NCBI GenBank assembly: GCA_039621445.1
Contig: CP154954.1
Location: 1,798,001 to 1,862,000 of the forward strand
Source: Euglena gracilis
Lineage: Eukaryota
Direction: 5' to 3'
DNA: 64,000 nucleotides
Shown in pieces: positions 33,233 through 45,600 of the stretch (position 1 is the stretch's first letter; each line of letters starts with the position of its first letter). A model generated the notes under the pieces. The model made no database searches, was not told the DNA's origin, and saw only the letters and a program-made list of their open reading frames with translations. Made by a program: the position numbers and the translations under genes.

Positions 33233-33838
33233 CTAGAGACAAGAAAAAAAAGGAATTGTTTCTAAGTCATTATATAAATTGATTAAAATCCTTAAAAGAA
33301 ATTAAACAAAAAAGAATTAATTGAAAACAAAAGTTATATTTATTTCCCAATATAATATAATAATATAATCTCACTAATAAACATTCTTTTATAATATTTT
33401 TTCATACCCTCAAAATTATTTGAACGATAATATTTACTAGATTTTACATAGCTATTAACTGAAGTAATTTTAACACTAAAAGCAGTTTCAATAAGATCTT
33501 TAAATTGCCTTTTACTTATGAAGTTATAAAATACTAAAAAAATAAAAGTAATTAATTAAAATTTTTATAATATAAAACTACAAACTAAAAATACAGCTAC
33601 TATAAACATTCAAAACATTTGTATATCAACATCAAAAGTATAAACATTATTTTTTAAAAGTTTATTAGTCTTATCGGTCAAAATTTGAGATTTAAAAAAA
33701 AATCAAAAGTATTTATAAATATTCAAAAAAAAATTAACATTAAAAAAAAAAATAAATAAATATATTATAAAAAAAAAATATAAGAACACACCCATACTTA
33801 AACTGATCATAAAATTTTCTAGAAATAAAATAAAACAT
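33233..33838 (-). CDS. rpl23: 50S ribosomal protein L23, three group III introns
   Basis: ILTDKTNKLLKNNVYTFDVD / SKRQFKDLIETAFSVKITSVNS; immediately upstream of rpl2. Confidence 0.88.
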
Positions 33839-33986
33839 ATAAAGTAAACAAAATACTAACAAAAAAAAAACAAGGAAATAATAACCTTTTTTAAATTATA
33901 AAAATTTAGAAAAATTTATTCGATAATATATTAATTACCGAATAAACTAAAATATATATTAAGAATATAAAAGTATTATAAAAAAC

Positions 33987-34115
33987 TTATAAAGAAGAAC
34001 CTAAACCCGAATAAGAGCCATAAAAAAAAAGAGCAAGAAGTGCAATCGCTGCTAAACCGATTATTGTAAGAACTAACCAAAGTGGAATTCTACCTGTATT
34101 TTCTGAATTAGACAT
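33987..34115 (-). CDS. psbJ: Photosystem II protein J
   Basis: [15 protein letters not shown]...[13 protein letters not shown]. Confidence 0.96.
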   Translation of the reverse strand: MSNSENTGRIPLWLVLTIIGLAAIALLALFFYGSYSGLGSSL

Positions 34116-34203
34116 AAATATTTCTCCCAAAATAATAAAAAAATGTTAAAAAAAAATACTACAAAAATATTTGCTTCAAGAAGCAGACTTTAATTAATAA
34201 TAA

Positions 34204-34320
34204 CTAATTAAAGATATAACTAGAAAATAGAACAGCCAAAACAAAAATTAATAATAGTCCCCAGTATAAACTTGTCCTATTTAATTCGACTGTTTTTTTA
34301 TTTGAATTTGTTTGTGCCAT
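34204..34320 (-). CDS. psbL: Photosystem II protein L
   Basis: [38 protein letters not shown]. Confidence 0.96.
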   Translation of the reverse strand: MAQTNSNKKTVELNRTSLYWGLLLIFVLAVLFSSYIFN

Positions 34321-34427
34321 AATAAATAATTTATAATAAAAAAATATGTTAAACCTTAGATTAAAAAATATAAAAAAGTATAACTTTAAACAAAACTTTA
34401 CACTTTATTTTAACAAAATTTTAAAGG

Positions 34428-35596
<1,169 letters not shown>

Positions 35597-35601
35597 AAAT
35601 T

Positions 35602-35694
35602 TTATTTAGTAAATTGATCCATTTGTTCTAAAGCATTGAAACGATCAGAAATTAAAGGAGCTTGTTGTCTTGTTTCTGTAAAATATTCGCTTGG
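35602..35694 (-). pseudogene. psbE: 3' fragment of cytochrome b559 alpha, cut off at the junction with GC-rich repeats
   Basis: [30 protein letters not shown]; the upstream sequence is replaced by repeat DNA. Confidence 0.93.
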
Positions 35695-36274
35695 GGGCCC
35701 GAAATGGCCAAAACTGGCCAAACTGGCCCAAAACCCCAAAACGGCCGTATCTCGGGCTAGGCGGGGAGTTGGCCCAAACCGCGCATACCGATCGATCGGG
35801 CGTCCCAAAGTTGAGGAATGACGTCCTCTTCACTTTTTCGCAACTCCCCGGCGTTTTCGAGATATTTTGAATTTTTCGATTTTTTGACCCCAAAATGACC
35901 CTGAAATTTTCCTGGAAAAAAAAAACGGTAGACAAGTGTTTTGGTCGGGCCATATCTACGGACTGGCGGGGAGTTGCCAGAAACTGAAGTGCTCTGGAGA
36001 ACCTAGGGAACCTCTCCTAACCTATAGGCTATTCACTTTGGGAGCCCGGAAATCCAATCACATCGATAATCCTCGGGTGCCCCGAACTACCCAAGGGGGT
36101 GGGGGGGGGGCGGGGGGGGGGCGGGGGGGGGGGCGGGGGGGGGCGGGGGGGGCGGGGGGTCCGAACCCCCCGTCGCCGGGGTGGTAAGCTTCGCTCTTAC
36201 TCTAAAGAGATAAGAGCTCAGCGACCAGGGTGTGACGTAGAGCTGAGCTCTTTGGGGGACCATTCCGGCTCGGC

Positions 36275-36720
36275 CGGCGAAAAACGCTCATTTTCAGCTC
36301 AAAAACATGTTTTCCGGGTCCAGGAGGCTCAAAAACATGGTTTTGGGCTGAAAAAAAATTTCAATTTTTTTCGACTTTTTTGACCCGGTTTTGACCCAAA
36401 ATCAATGGGTTGGCGGCCCAAAAAGGGGCGCTGGCGGGTCGAAAAACGCTCATTTTCAGCTCAAAAACGCTTTTTCCGGGTCCGGGAGGCCAAAAAACAT
36501 GGTTTTGGGCGAAAAAATTTTTTCGATTTTTTTCGACTTTTTTGACCCAGTTTTGACCCAAAGTCAATGGGTTGGCGAACCAAAACGGGGCGCTGGCGGG
36601 TCGAAAAACGCTCATTTTCAGCTCAAAAACACTTTTTCCGGGTCCGGGAGGCCAAAAAACATGGTTTTGGGCGAAAAAAAATTTTTCGATTTTTTTCGAC
36701 TTTTTGGCCCGAAAACGGCT
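36275..36720 (+). repeat. ~160-bp tandem subrepeat with regularly spaced A/T tracts (3 copies; related copies at 57320-57900, 59220-59660 and 62500-62940)
   Basis: GAAAAACGCTCATTTTCAGCTCAAAAAC recurs at ~36279, 36441 and 36603. Confidence 0.85.
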
Positions 36721-37135
36721 AAGTCGGACAGTGGGAAAAGTGCGCAAAACGGCCATTTGGACCGAAAAACGGCCGTATCTCGGGCTAGGCGGGGAGTTGG
36801 CCCAAACTGCGAATACCGGTGGATAGGGCGTCCCAAAGTTGTGGAATGAGGTACTCTTTAGTTTTTCTCAACTCCCCGGCGTTTTCGAGATATTTTGAAT
36901 TTTTCGATATTTTGACCCCAAAAATGACCCCCTGTTGCCGGTCCAACAAACTTTCTTTGAAAAAAAAAACGGTAGACAACTTTTTTGCTCCGGCCATATC
37001 TCCGGACTGGAGGGGAGTTGCGGGCAAAATGAGGGCTCTGGAGAAACTAGGGATCCTCTCCTAACCTATAGGCTATTAACTTCTCGGGTCCCGAAATCAG
37101 GTCACATCGATAATCCTCGGGTGGCCGGACCTACT

Positions 37136-37166
<31 letters not shown>

Positions 37167-37299
37167 GGGGGGGCAGGGCTGGGGGGTGTACGGGGGGCTT
37201 TTTCGGGGGGTTGGTAAGCTTCGCTCTTACTCTAAAGAGATAAGAGCTCAGCGACCAGGTTGTGACGTAGAGCTGAGCTCTTTGGGAGACCACCCCAGT

Positions 37300-37450
37300 C
37301 CGGCCCGGCGCCCGGCCGGCGGCCTGGCCGGCCCGGCCGGCGGACCGGCGGCCCGGCCCGGCGGCCCGGCCCGGCGGCCCGGCGGCCCGGCGGCCCGGCG
37401 GCCCGGCGGCCCGGCGGCCCGGCGGCCCGGCGGCCCGGCGGCCCGGCCCG
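37300..37450 (+). repeat. (GGCCCGGC)n almost pure-GC microsatellite; also at ~39975-40065, 57168-57315, 60205-60345 and 63720-63895
   Basis: Direct reading of the sequence. Confidence 0.95.
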
Positions 37451-37454
37451 ACCC

Positions 37455-39060
37455 GGATGCTCATGATGCTCATGATGGCCATCCGGGGTCATGATGGCCA
37501 TCATTGGTCATGATGGCCATCCGGGGTCACGATGGCCATCATTGGTCATGATGGCCATCCGGGGTCATGATGGCCATCATTCGTCATGATGGCCATCATT
37601 GGGCATGATGGCCATCATGGGTCATGATGGCCATCCGGGGTCATGATGGCCATCATTGGTCATGATGGCCATCCGGGGTCATGATGGCCATCATTGGTCA
37701 TGATGGCCATCCGGGGTCATGATGGACATCCGGGGTCATGATGGCCATCCGGGGTCATGATGGCCATCATTGGTCATGATGGCCATCCGGGGTCATGATG
37801 GCCATCATTGGTCATGATGGCCATCATTTGGCATGCTGGGCATCATGGGTCATGATGGCCATCCGGGGTCATGATGGCCATCATTCGTCATGATGGCCAT
37901 CATTGGGCATGATGGCCATCATTGGTCATGATGGCCATCCGGGGTCATGATGGCCATCATTGGTCATGATGGCCATCCGGGGTCATGATGGACATCCGGG
38001 GTCATGATGGACATCCGGGGTCATGATGGCCATCCGGGGTCATGATGGCCATCATTGGTCATGATGGCCATCCGGGGTCATGATGGCCATCATTCGTCAT
38101 GATGGCCATCATTGGGCATGATGGCCATCATGGGTCATGATGGCCATCCGGGGTCATGATGGCCATCATTGGTCATGATGGCCATCCGGGGTCATGATGG
38201 CCATCATTGGTCATGATGGCCATCCGGGGTCATGATGGCCATCCTGGGTCATGATGGCCATCCGGGGTCATGATGGACATCCGGGGTCATGAATGATCAT
38301 TTGTCAATGAGTCCATTGGTCATGATGGCCATCCGGAGGGTCCATGAGTGGCCAATCATGGGGGGCCCCAAATCCGGGGTCAATGATGGCCATCCGGGGA
38401 GGTCATGATGAGCCATCATTGGTCTGAGGCCATCCGGGGTCATGATGGCCATCATTGGTCATGATGGCCATCCGGGGTCATGATGGCCATCATTGGTCAT
38501 GATGGCCATCCAGGGTCATGATGGCCATCCGGGGTCATGATGGCCATCATTGGTCATGATGGCCATCCGGGGTGATGGCCATCATGGGTCATGATGGCCA
38601 TCCGGGGTCATGATGGCCATCATTGGTCATGATGGCCACCGGGGGGCATGATGGCCATCATTGGTCATGATGGCCATCCGGGGTCATGATGGCCATCCGG
38701 GGTCATGATGGCCATCCGGGGTCATGATGGCCATCATTGGTCATGATGGCCATCCGGGGTCATGATGGCCATCATTCGTCATGATGGCCATCATTGGGCA
38801 TGATGGCCATCATGGGTTATGATGGCCATCCGGGGTCATGATGGCCATCATTGGTCATGATGGCCATCCGGGGTCATGATGGCCATCATTGGTCATGATG
38901 GCCATCCGGGGTCATGATGGCCATCATTGGTCATGATGGCCATCCGGGGTCATGATGGCCATCATTGGTCATGATGGCCATCATTGGTCATGATGGCCAT
39001 CCGGGGTCATGATGGCCATCATTGGGCATGATGGCCATCATTGGGCATGATGCGCATCAT
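37455..39060 (+). repeat. 19-bp minisatellite with two main variants, CATGATGGCCATCCGGGGT and CATGATGGCCATCATTGGT
   Basis: Direct reading; contains the palindrome ATGATGGCCATCAT; error-rich patch at ~38290-38430. Confidence 0.97.
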
Positions 39061-39822
39061 GACCATGAGGGCCATGAGGGGCTGGCGGGTCGAAAAACGC
39101 CAATTTTCGGCTCGAAAACACTTTTTCCGGGTCCAGGAAGCCTAAAAACATGGTTTTGGGCAAAAAAATTTTTTTTCGATTTTTTTCGAATTTTTGGCCC
39201 GAAAACGGCTAAGTCGGACAGAGGGAAAAGTGTACAAAACGGCCATTTGGACCTGAAAACGGCCGTATCTACGGCTAGGCGGAGAGTTGCGGGGAAATCA
39301 AAATACTAGTAGATAGGGCGTTCCAAGGGCTTCAATTTAGGTCTCCGGACATTTTTTTCAACTCCCCACCATTTTGGAAATATTTTGCAAAAACTGGTTT
39401 TTTGGCCCGTTTTGGGCTCCAAATGGCAGAGTCCCCCCGTGGCGAACCCTCTAAACGGCCGTATCTCGGCCCAGGCGGGGAGTTGGCTCAAACCGCGCAT
39501 ACCGGTGGAAAGGGCGTCCCAAAGTTGTGGAATGAGGTACTCTTTACTTTTTCTCAACTCCCCGGCGTTTTCGAGATATTTTGAATTTTTCGATTTTTTG
39601 ACCCCCAAAATGACCCCCTGTTGCCGGTCCAACAAAAGTTCTTTGAAAAAAAAACGGTAGACAACTTTTTTGCTCGGGCCATATCTCCGGCCTGGCGCGG
39701 AGTTGCGGGCAAAGTGAGGGCTCTGGACAAACTAGGGACCGTCTCCTAACCTATAGGCTATTAACCTTTCGGGTCCCGAAATCAGGTCACATCGATAATC
39801 CGCGGGTGCCCGGGCCTACTCA

Positions 39823-39860
<38 letters not shown>

Positions 39861-40062
39861 GTGGGGGGGTTTTTGCGGCGGTGGTAAGCTTCGCTCTTAC
39901 TATAAAGAGATAAGAGCTCAGCGACCAGGGTGTGGTGTGACGTAGAGCTGAGCTCTTTGGGAGACCACCCCAGCCCGGCCCGGCGGCCCGGCCCGGCTGG
40001 CGGCCCGGCGGCCCGGCCCGGCCGGCGGCCGGCGGCCCGGCGGCCCGGCCCGGCCGGCGGCC

Positions 40063-40560
40063 CGGGGTCATGATGGCCATCCGGAGTCATGATGGCCATC
40101 ATTGGTCATGATGGCCATCCGGGGTCATGATGGCCATCATTGGTCATGATGGTCATCCGGGGTCATGATGGCCATCGGGGTTCATGATGGCCATCCGGGG
40201 TCATGATGGCCATCCGGGGTCATGATGGCCATCCGGGGTCATGATGGCCATCATTGGTCATGATGGCCATCCGGGGTCATGATGGCCATCATTGGTCATG
40301 ATGGCCATCCGGGGTCATGATGGCCATCATTGGTCATGATGGCCATCCGGGGTCATGATGGCCATCCGGGGTCATGATGGCCATCCGGGGTCATGATGGC
40401 CATCCGGGGTCATGATGGCCATCATTGGTCATGATGGCCATCCGGGGTCATGATGGCCATCCGGGTTCATGATGGCCATCCTGGGTCCTCATGGCCATCA
40501 TTGGTCATGATGGCCATCATTGGTCATGATGGCCATCTTTGGTCATTGGCCATCATTGGG
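40063..40560 (+). repeat. 19-bp CATGATGGCC minisatellite, second block
   Basis: Same units as 37455-39060. Confidence 0.97.
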
Positions 40561-42330
40561 CAGGATGCGCCTCATGACCATGAGGGCCATGAGCGGCTGG
40601 GGGGTCGAAAAACGCCAATTTTCGGCTCGAAAACACTTTTTCCGGGTCCAGGAAGCAAAAAAACATGGTTTTGGGCACAAAAAATTTTTTCGATTTTTTT
40701 CGACTTTTTGCCCCGAAAACGGCTAAGTCGGATAGAGGGAAAAGTGTACAAAACGGCCATTTGGACCTGAAAACGGCCGTATCTAGGGCCGGGCGGGGAG
40801 TTGCGGGGAAATCAAAATACCAGTAGATAGGGCGTTCCAAGGGCTCCAAATTAGGTCTCCGGACATTTTTTTCAACTCCCCACCATTTTGGAGATATTTT
40901 GCAAAAACTGGTTTTTGGGCCCATTTTGGGCTCCAAATGGCAGAGTCCCCCCCTGGCGAAACCCCAAAACGGCCATATCTCGGCCCAGGCGGGGAGTTGG
41001 CCCAAACCGCGCATACCGGTGGATAGGGCGTCCCAAAGTTGTGGAATGAGGTACTCTTTACTTTTTCTCAACTCCCCGCCGTTTTCGAGATATTTTGAAT
41101 TTTTCGATTTTTTGACCCCAAAATGACCCATTTTTGGCAGAGTCCCCCCCCCTGGCGAAACCACAAAACGGCCATATCTCGGCCCAGGCGGGGAGTTGGC
41201 CCAAACCGCGCATACCGGTGGACAGGGCGTCCCAAAGTTGTGGAATGAGGTACTCTTTAGTTTTTCTCAACTCCCCGGCGTTTTCGAGATATTTTGAATT
41301 TTTCGATTTTTTGACCCCAAAAATGACCCCCTGTTGCCGGTCCAACAAACTTTCTTTGGAAAAAAACAGTAGACAACTTTTTTGCTCGGGCCAGATCTCC
41401 GGCCTGGCGCGGAGTTGCGGGCAACCTAAGGGCTCTGGACAAACTAGGGACCGTCTCCTAACCTATAGGCTATTAACCTTTCGGGTCCCGAAATCAGGTC
41501 ACATCGATAATCCGCGGGTGCCCGGGCCTACTCAGGGGGGGGGGGGGGGGGGGGGGCGGGGGCGGGGGGGGGGGGTCAGGGGGGGTTTGGGGGGGGTGGT
41601 AAGCTTCGCTCTTACTCTAAAGAGATAAGAGCTCAGCGACCAGGGTGTGACGTAGAGCTGAGCTCTTTGGTAGGCCACTGCGGCCCGACCCGGCCGGCTA
41701 GCGGCCCGGCGGCCCGGCGGCCCTGTAGCACAGGTGGTGATGGGGTTAAAATGATATGTTGAAGAATTCAGGGAGCCCTTGTGGAGAAATGAAGAGCATT
41801 GGAGTTATGTAGTATGGTGTTTGCACATGCAAGTACAATTAATTGTGTGTGTGACTTTTTGGTCTTAAAAAGGGGGAAAGAGGGAGTCATTATTATTCGG
41901 GACGCCTCCGAACAGTTGATGCGGCCCAGGCGTGGTTACCCCGATTTCGCACCGCTCCCATCGTCGTTGCCCCTGAAGTGGGGTGACAATGACGGGATGT
42001 CATCGGCTTGGGTATCCCCGGCTATGGGTACCGGGGACCCGCACGGTTGCGGGCGGTTACCTACCTTGCTATCTTGCCGTGGGCAAGCGGTTAGAATTTG
42101 AGGTTTCGCCCTGGGTTGCTGGTGAGGGTTTAGTCGGTGTTTGGTTGTTAGGGTTAGTTAGTGTTAGGTGTGTTGGTGTTAGTTTGCCAGTTAGGAGAGT
42201 GGTCATGGGAGAGGGGATTGGGGAGAGGAGTTTTTTCGAAAGGGGATGTGGCTTTTCCCGTCAGCATGGGGACCGACGTTTGCCATTGGAAAAAGTGGAT
42301 GGTTAATGATGATTAGAGTTAGAGGTACTT

Positions 42331-42358
42331 ACACTTCCGGAGTGTCTATTTGTTTTCG
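42331..42358 (+). other. Degenerate Euglena spliced-leader exon sequence (relic SL)
   Basis: ACTTCCGGAGTGTCTATTTGTTTTCG (42333-42358) against the recalled E. gracilis SL ACTTTCTGAGTGTCTATTTTTTTTCG: 23/26 identical. Confidence 0.7.
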
Positions 42359-42689
42359 TCTGTGCGCAATGCATTGCAGAAGGAAGCATTTTCATTGACA
42401 AGATTCTCATTCAGAGCATTCTCATTGACACATGAACACAGGAAGCTGATTTGTCTTTTGGCTCTTAGGATGCAGCCTAAATTATCGCCTTGGCGAAGTA
42501 ACTTCGGATGGACGCTGGAATGTCATCGTTGTGCGGCATGTGTGCTTGGAGGCAGAAATTCTGAGATGTGTTGTATTTTACTTACTAATATGTGTGTTGC
42601 TGCTTGTGTGTCTCGCCCATTATCAACGTGTACTGCAATGTGGTTCCTTTGTGCAGCTCATGTACTGGCTCGTTGCATGCTTGCACTCG

Positions 42690-45600
42690 CGAAGTGCACA
42701 TTTGCATTTTCACGGTGCACATCGTGCACTCGCCTGGTGCACATCGTGCACTCGTGTGTAGGAAATGAAACGATGGCCACATAGGTGCACATGTTGGGGT
42801 AATGAAACGGTGGCCTCATAGTGGGAAATAAAAGAACCATTTGCATTTTCATGGTGCACATTTGCATTTTCACGGTGCACATCGTGCACTCGCTTGGTGC
42901 ACATCGTGCACTCATGGGTAGGCATTCATGGTGCACATCGTGCACTCGCCTGGTGCACATCGTGCACTCATGGGCAGGCACTGGAAATCTGGCCATGGTG
43001 CAGCTCCTTCACTCCTGGTGCACATCGTGCACTCATGGGTAGGCATTGGACATCTGGCCACGGGCATGACATTTTCTTTCTCCTGGTGCAGCTCCTGCAC
43101 TCGCCTGGTACACATCGTGCACTCATGTTGGGGTAATGAAACGGTGGCCTCGTAGTTGGAAAATATAAGAACCATTTGCATTTTCATGGTGCACATCGTG
43201 CACTCGCTTGGTGCACATCGTGCACTCATGGGTAGGCATTGGAAATCTGGCCACGGGCATGACATTTTCTTTCTCCTTGTGCAGCTCCTGCACTCGCCTG
43301 GTGCACATCGTGCACTCATGTTGGGGTAATGAAACGGTGGCCTCATAGTGGGAAATAAAAGAACCATTTGCATTTTCATGGTGCACATCGTGCACTCGCC
43401 TGGTGCACATCGTGCACTCATGGGTAGGCACTGGAAATCTGGCCATGGTGCAGCTCCTTCGCTCCTGGTGCACATCGTGCACTCATGGGTGGGCATTGGA
43501 CTTCTGGCCACGGGCATGACATTTCCTTTCTCTTGGTGCAGCTCCTGCACTCGCCTGGTGCACATCGTGCACTCACGTGTGGGAAACAAAATGATGGCCT
43601 CACAGTGGGAAATAAAAGAAGCAGTTGCATTTTCATGGTGCACATCGTGCACTCGCTTGGTGCACATCGTGCACTCATGGGTAGGCACTGGAAATCTGGC
43701 CATGGTGCAGCTCCTTCACTCCTGGTGCACATCGTGCACTCATGGGTAGACATTGGACATCTGGCCACGGGCATGCCATTTCCTTTCTCCTGGTGCAGCT
43801 CCTGCACTCGCCTGGTGCACATCGTGCACTCATGGGTAGGCACTGGAAATCTGGCCATGGTGCTGCTCCTTCGCTCTTGGTGCACATCGTGCACTCATGG
43901 GTGGGCATTGGACATCTGGCCACGGGCATGACATTTCCTTTCTCCTGGTGCAGCTCCTGCACTCGCCTGGTGCACATCGTGCACTCATGGGTTGGCACTG
44001 GAAATCTGGCCATGGTGCAGCTCCTTCGCTCCTGGTGCACATCGTGCACTCATGGGTAGGCATTGGAAATCTGGCCACGGGCATGACATTTCCTTTCTCC
44101 TGGTGCAGCTCCTGCACTCGCCTGGTGCACATCGTGCACTCATGTTGGGGTAATGAAACGGTGGCCTCATAGTGGGAAATAAAAGAAACATTTGCATTTT
44201 CATGGTGCACATCGTGCACTCGCCTGGTGCACATCGTGCACTCATGGGTAGGCACTGGAAATCTGGCCATGGTGCAGCTCCTTCGCTCCTGGTGCACATC
44301 GTGCACTCATGGGTGGGCATTGGACATCTGGCCACGGGCATGACATTTCCTTTCTCTTTGTGCAGCTCCTGCACTCGCCTGGTGCACATCGTGCACTCAC
44401 GTGTGGGAAACAAAATGATGGCCTCACAGTGGGAAATAAAAGAAGCAGTTGCATTTTCATGGTGCACATCGTGCACTCGCTTGGTGCACATCGTGCACTC
44501 ATGGGTAGGCACTGGAAATCTGGCCATGGTGCAGCTCCTTCACTCCTGGTGCACATCGTGCACTCATGGGTAGGCATTGGACATCTGGCCACGGGCATGA
44601 CATTTCCTTTCTCCTGGTGCAGCTCCTGCACTCGCCTGGTGCACATCGTGCACTCATGGGTAGGCACTGGAAATCTGGCCATGGTGCAGCTCCTTCGCTC
44701 TTGGTGCACATCGTGCAGTCATGGGTGGGCATTGGACATCTGGCCACGGGCATGACATTTCCTTTCTCCTGGTGCAGCTCCTGCACTCGCCTGGTGCACA
44801 TCGTGCACTCATGGGTAGGCACTGGAAATCTGGCCATGGTGCAGCTCCTTCGCTCCTGGTGCACATCGTGCACTCATGGGTAGGCACTGGAAATCTGGCC
44901 ATGGTGCAGCTCCTTGGCTCCTGGTGCACATCGTGCACTCATGGGTGGGCATTGGACATCTGGCCACGGGCATGACATTTCCTTTCTCCTGGTGCAGCTC
45001 CTGCACTCGCCTGGTGCACATCGTGCACTCATGTTGGGGTAATGAAACGGTGGCCTCATATTGGAAATAAAAGAACCATTTGCATTTTCATGGTGCACAT
45101 CGTGCACTCGCTTGGTGCACATCGTGCACTCATGGGTAGGCATTGGAAATCTGGCCACGGGCATGACATTTCCTTTCTCCTGGTGCAGCTCCTGCACTCG
45201 CCTGGTGCACATCGTGCACTCATGTTGGGGTAATGAAACGGTGGCCTCATAGTGGGAAATAAAAGAAACGTTTGCATATTCATGGTGCACATCGTGCACT
45301 CGCCTGGTGCACATCGTGCACTCATGGGTAGGCACTGGAAATCTGGCCATGGTGCAGCTCCTTCGCTCCTGGTGCACATCGTGCACTCATGGGTGGGCAT
45401 TGGACATCTGGCCACGGGCATGACATTTCCTTTCTCTTGGTGCAGCTCCTGCACTCGCCTGGTGCACATCGTGCACTCACGTGTGGGAAACAAATGATGG
45501 CCTCACAGTGGGAAATAAAAGAAGCAGTTGCATTTTCATGGTGCACATCGTGCACTCGCCTGGTGCACATCGTGCACTCATGGGTAGGCACTGGAAATCT

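Larger units (their letters stand above)
35695..41625 (+). mobile_element. Head-to-tail array of putative non-autonomous Helentron/Helitron2-like units; unit starts at 36211, 37241 and 39911
   Basis: Recurring module polyG-GCTTCGCTCTTA-CTCTAAAGAGA-TAAGAGCTCAGC-N19-GCTGAGCTCTT, with shared internal blocks (GTTTTCGAGATATTTTG, GCCGTATCTCGG). The element class is inferred. Confidence 0.6.

Noticed and set aside
35602-35808. Apparent 68-aa fusion ORF ending in the PsbE C-terminus
   Set aside because: Chance read-through across the repeat/plastid junction; the N-terminal half is repeat DNA
35636-41628. ORFs in the GC-rich units (poly-Gly/Pro, GPPGRRAA, FWAKK), and their equivalents at 56911-63931
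   Set aside because: Translations of poly-G tracts, microsatellites and A-tract repeats; frames are not conserved between copies
35695-41720. rDNA intergenic spacer or 5S/SL-RNA tandem gene array
   Set aside because: No recognisable rRNA, 5S or complete SL-RNA sequence in the units
41700-41740. Canonical Helitron 3' end (hairpin plus CTRR) on the minus strand where unique sequence begins
   Set aside because: The boundary reads ...GTGCTAC, with no convincing adjacent GC hairpin; the subTIR-type module explains the structure better
42120-42325. Telomere-like TTAGGG/TTAG motifs (GTTAGGGTTAGTTAG, TTAGAGTTAGAGG)
   Set aside because: Only one perfect TTAGGG in a GT-skewed stretch; too degenerate to call an interstitial telomere
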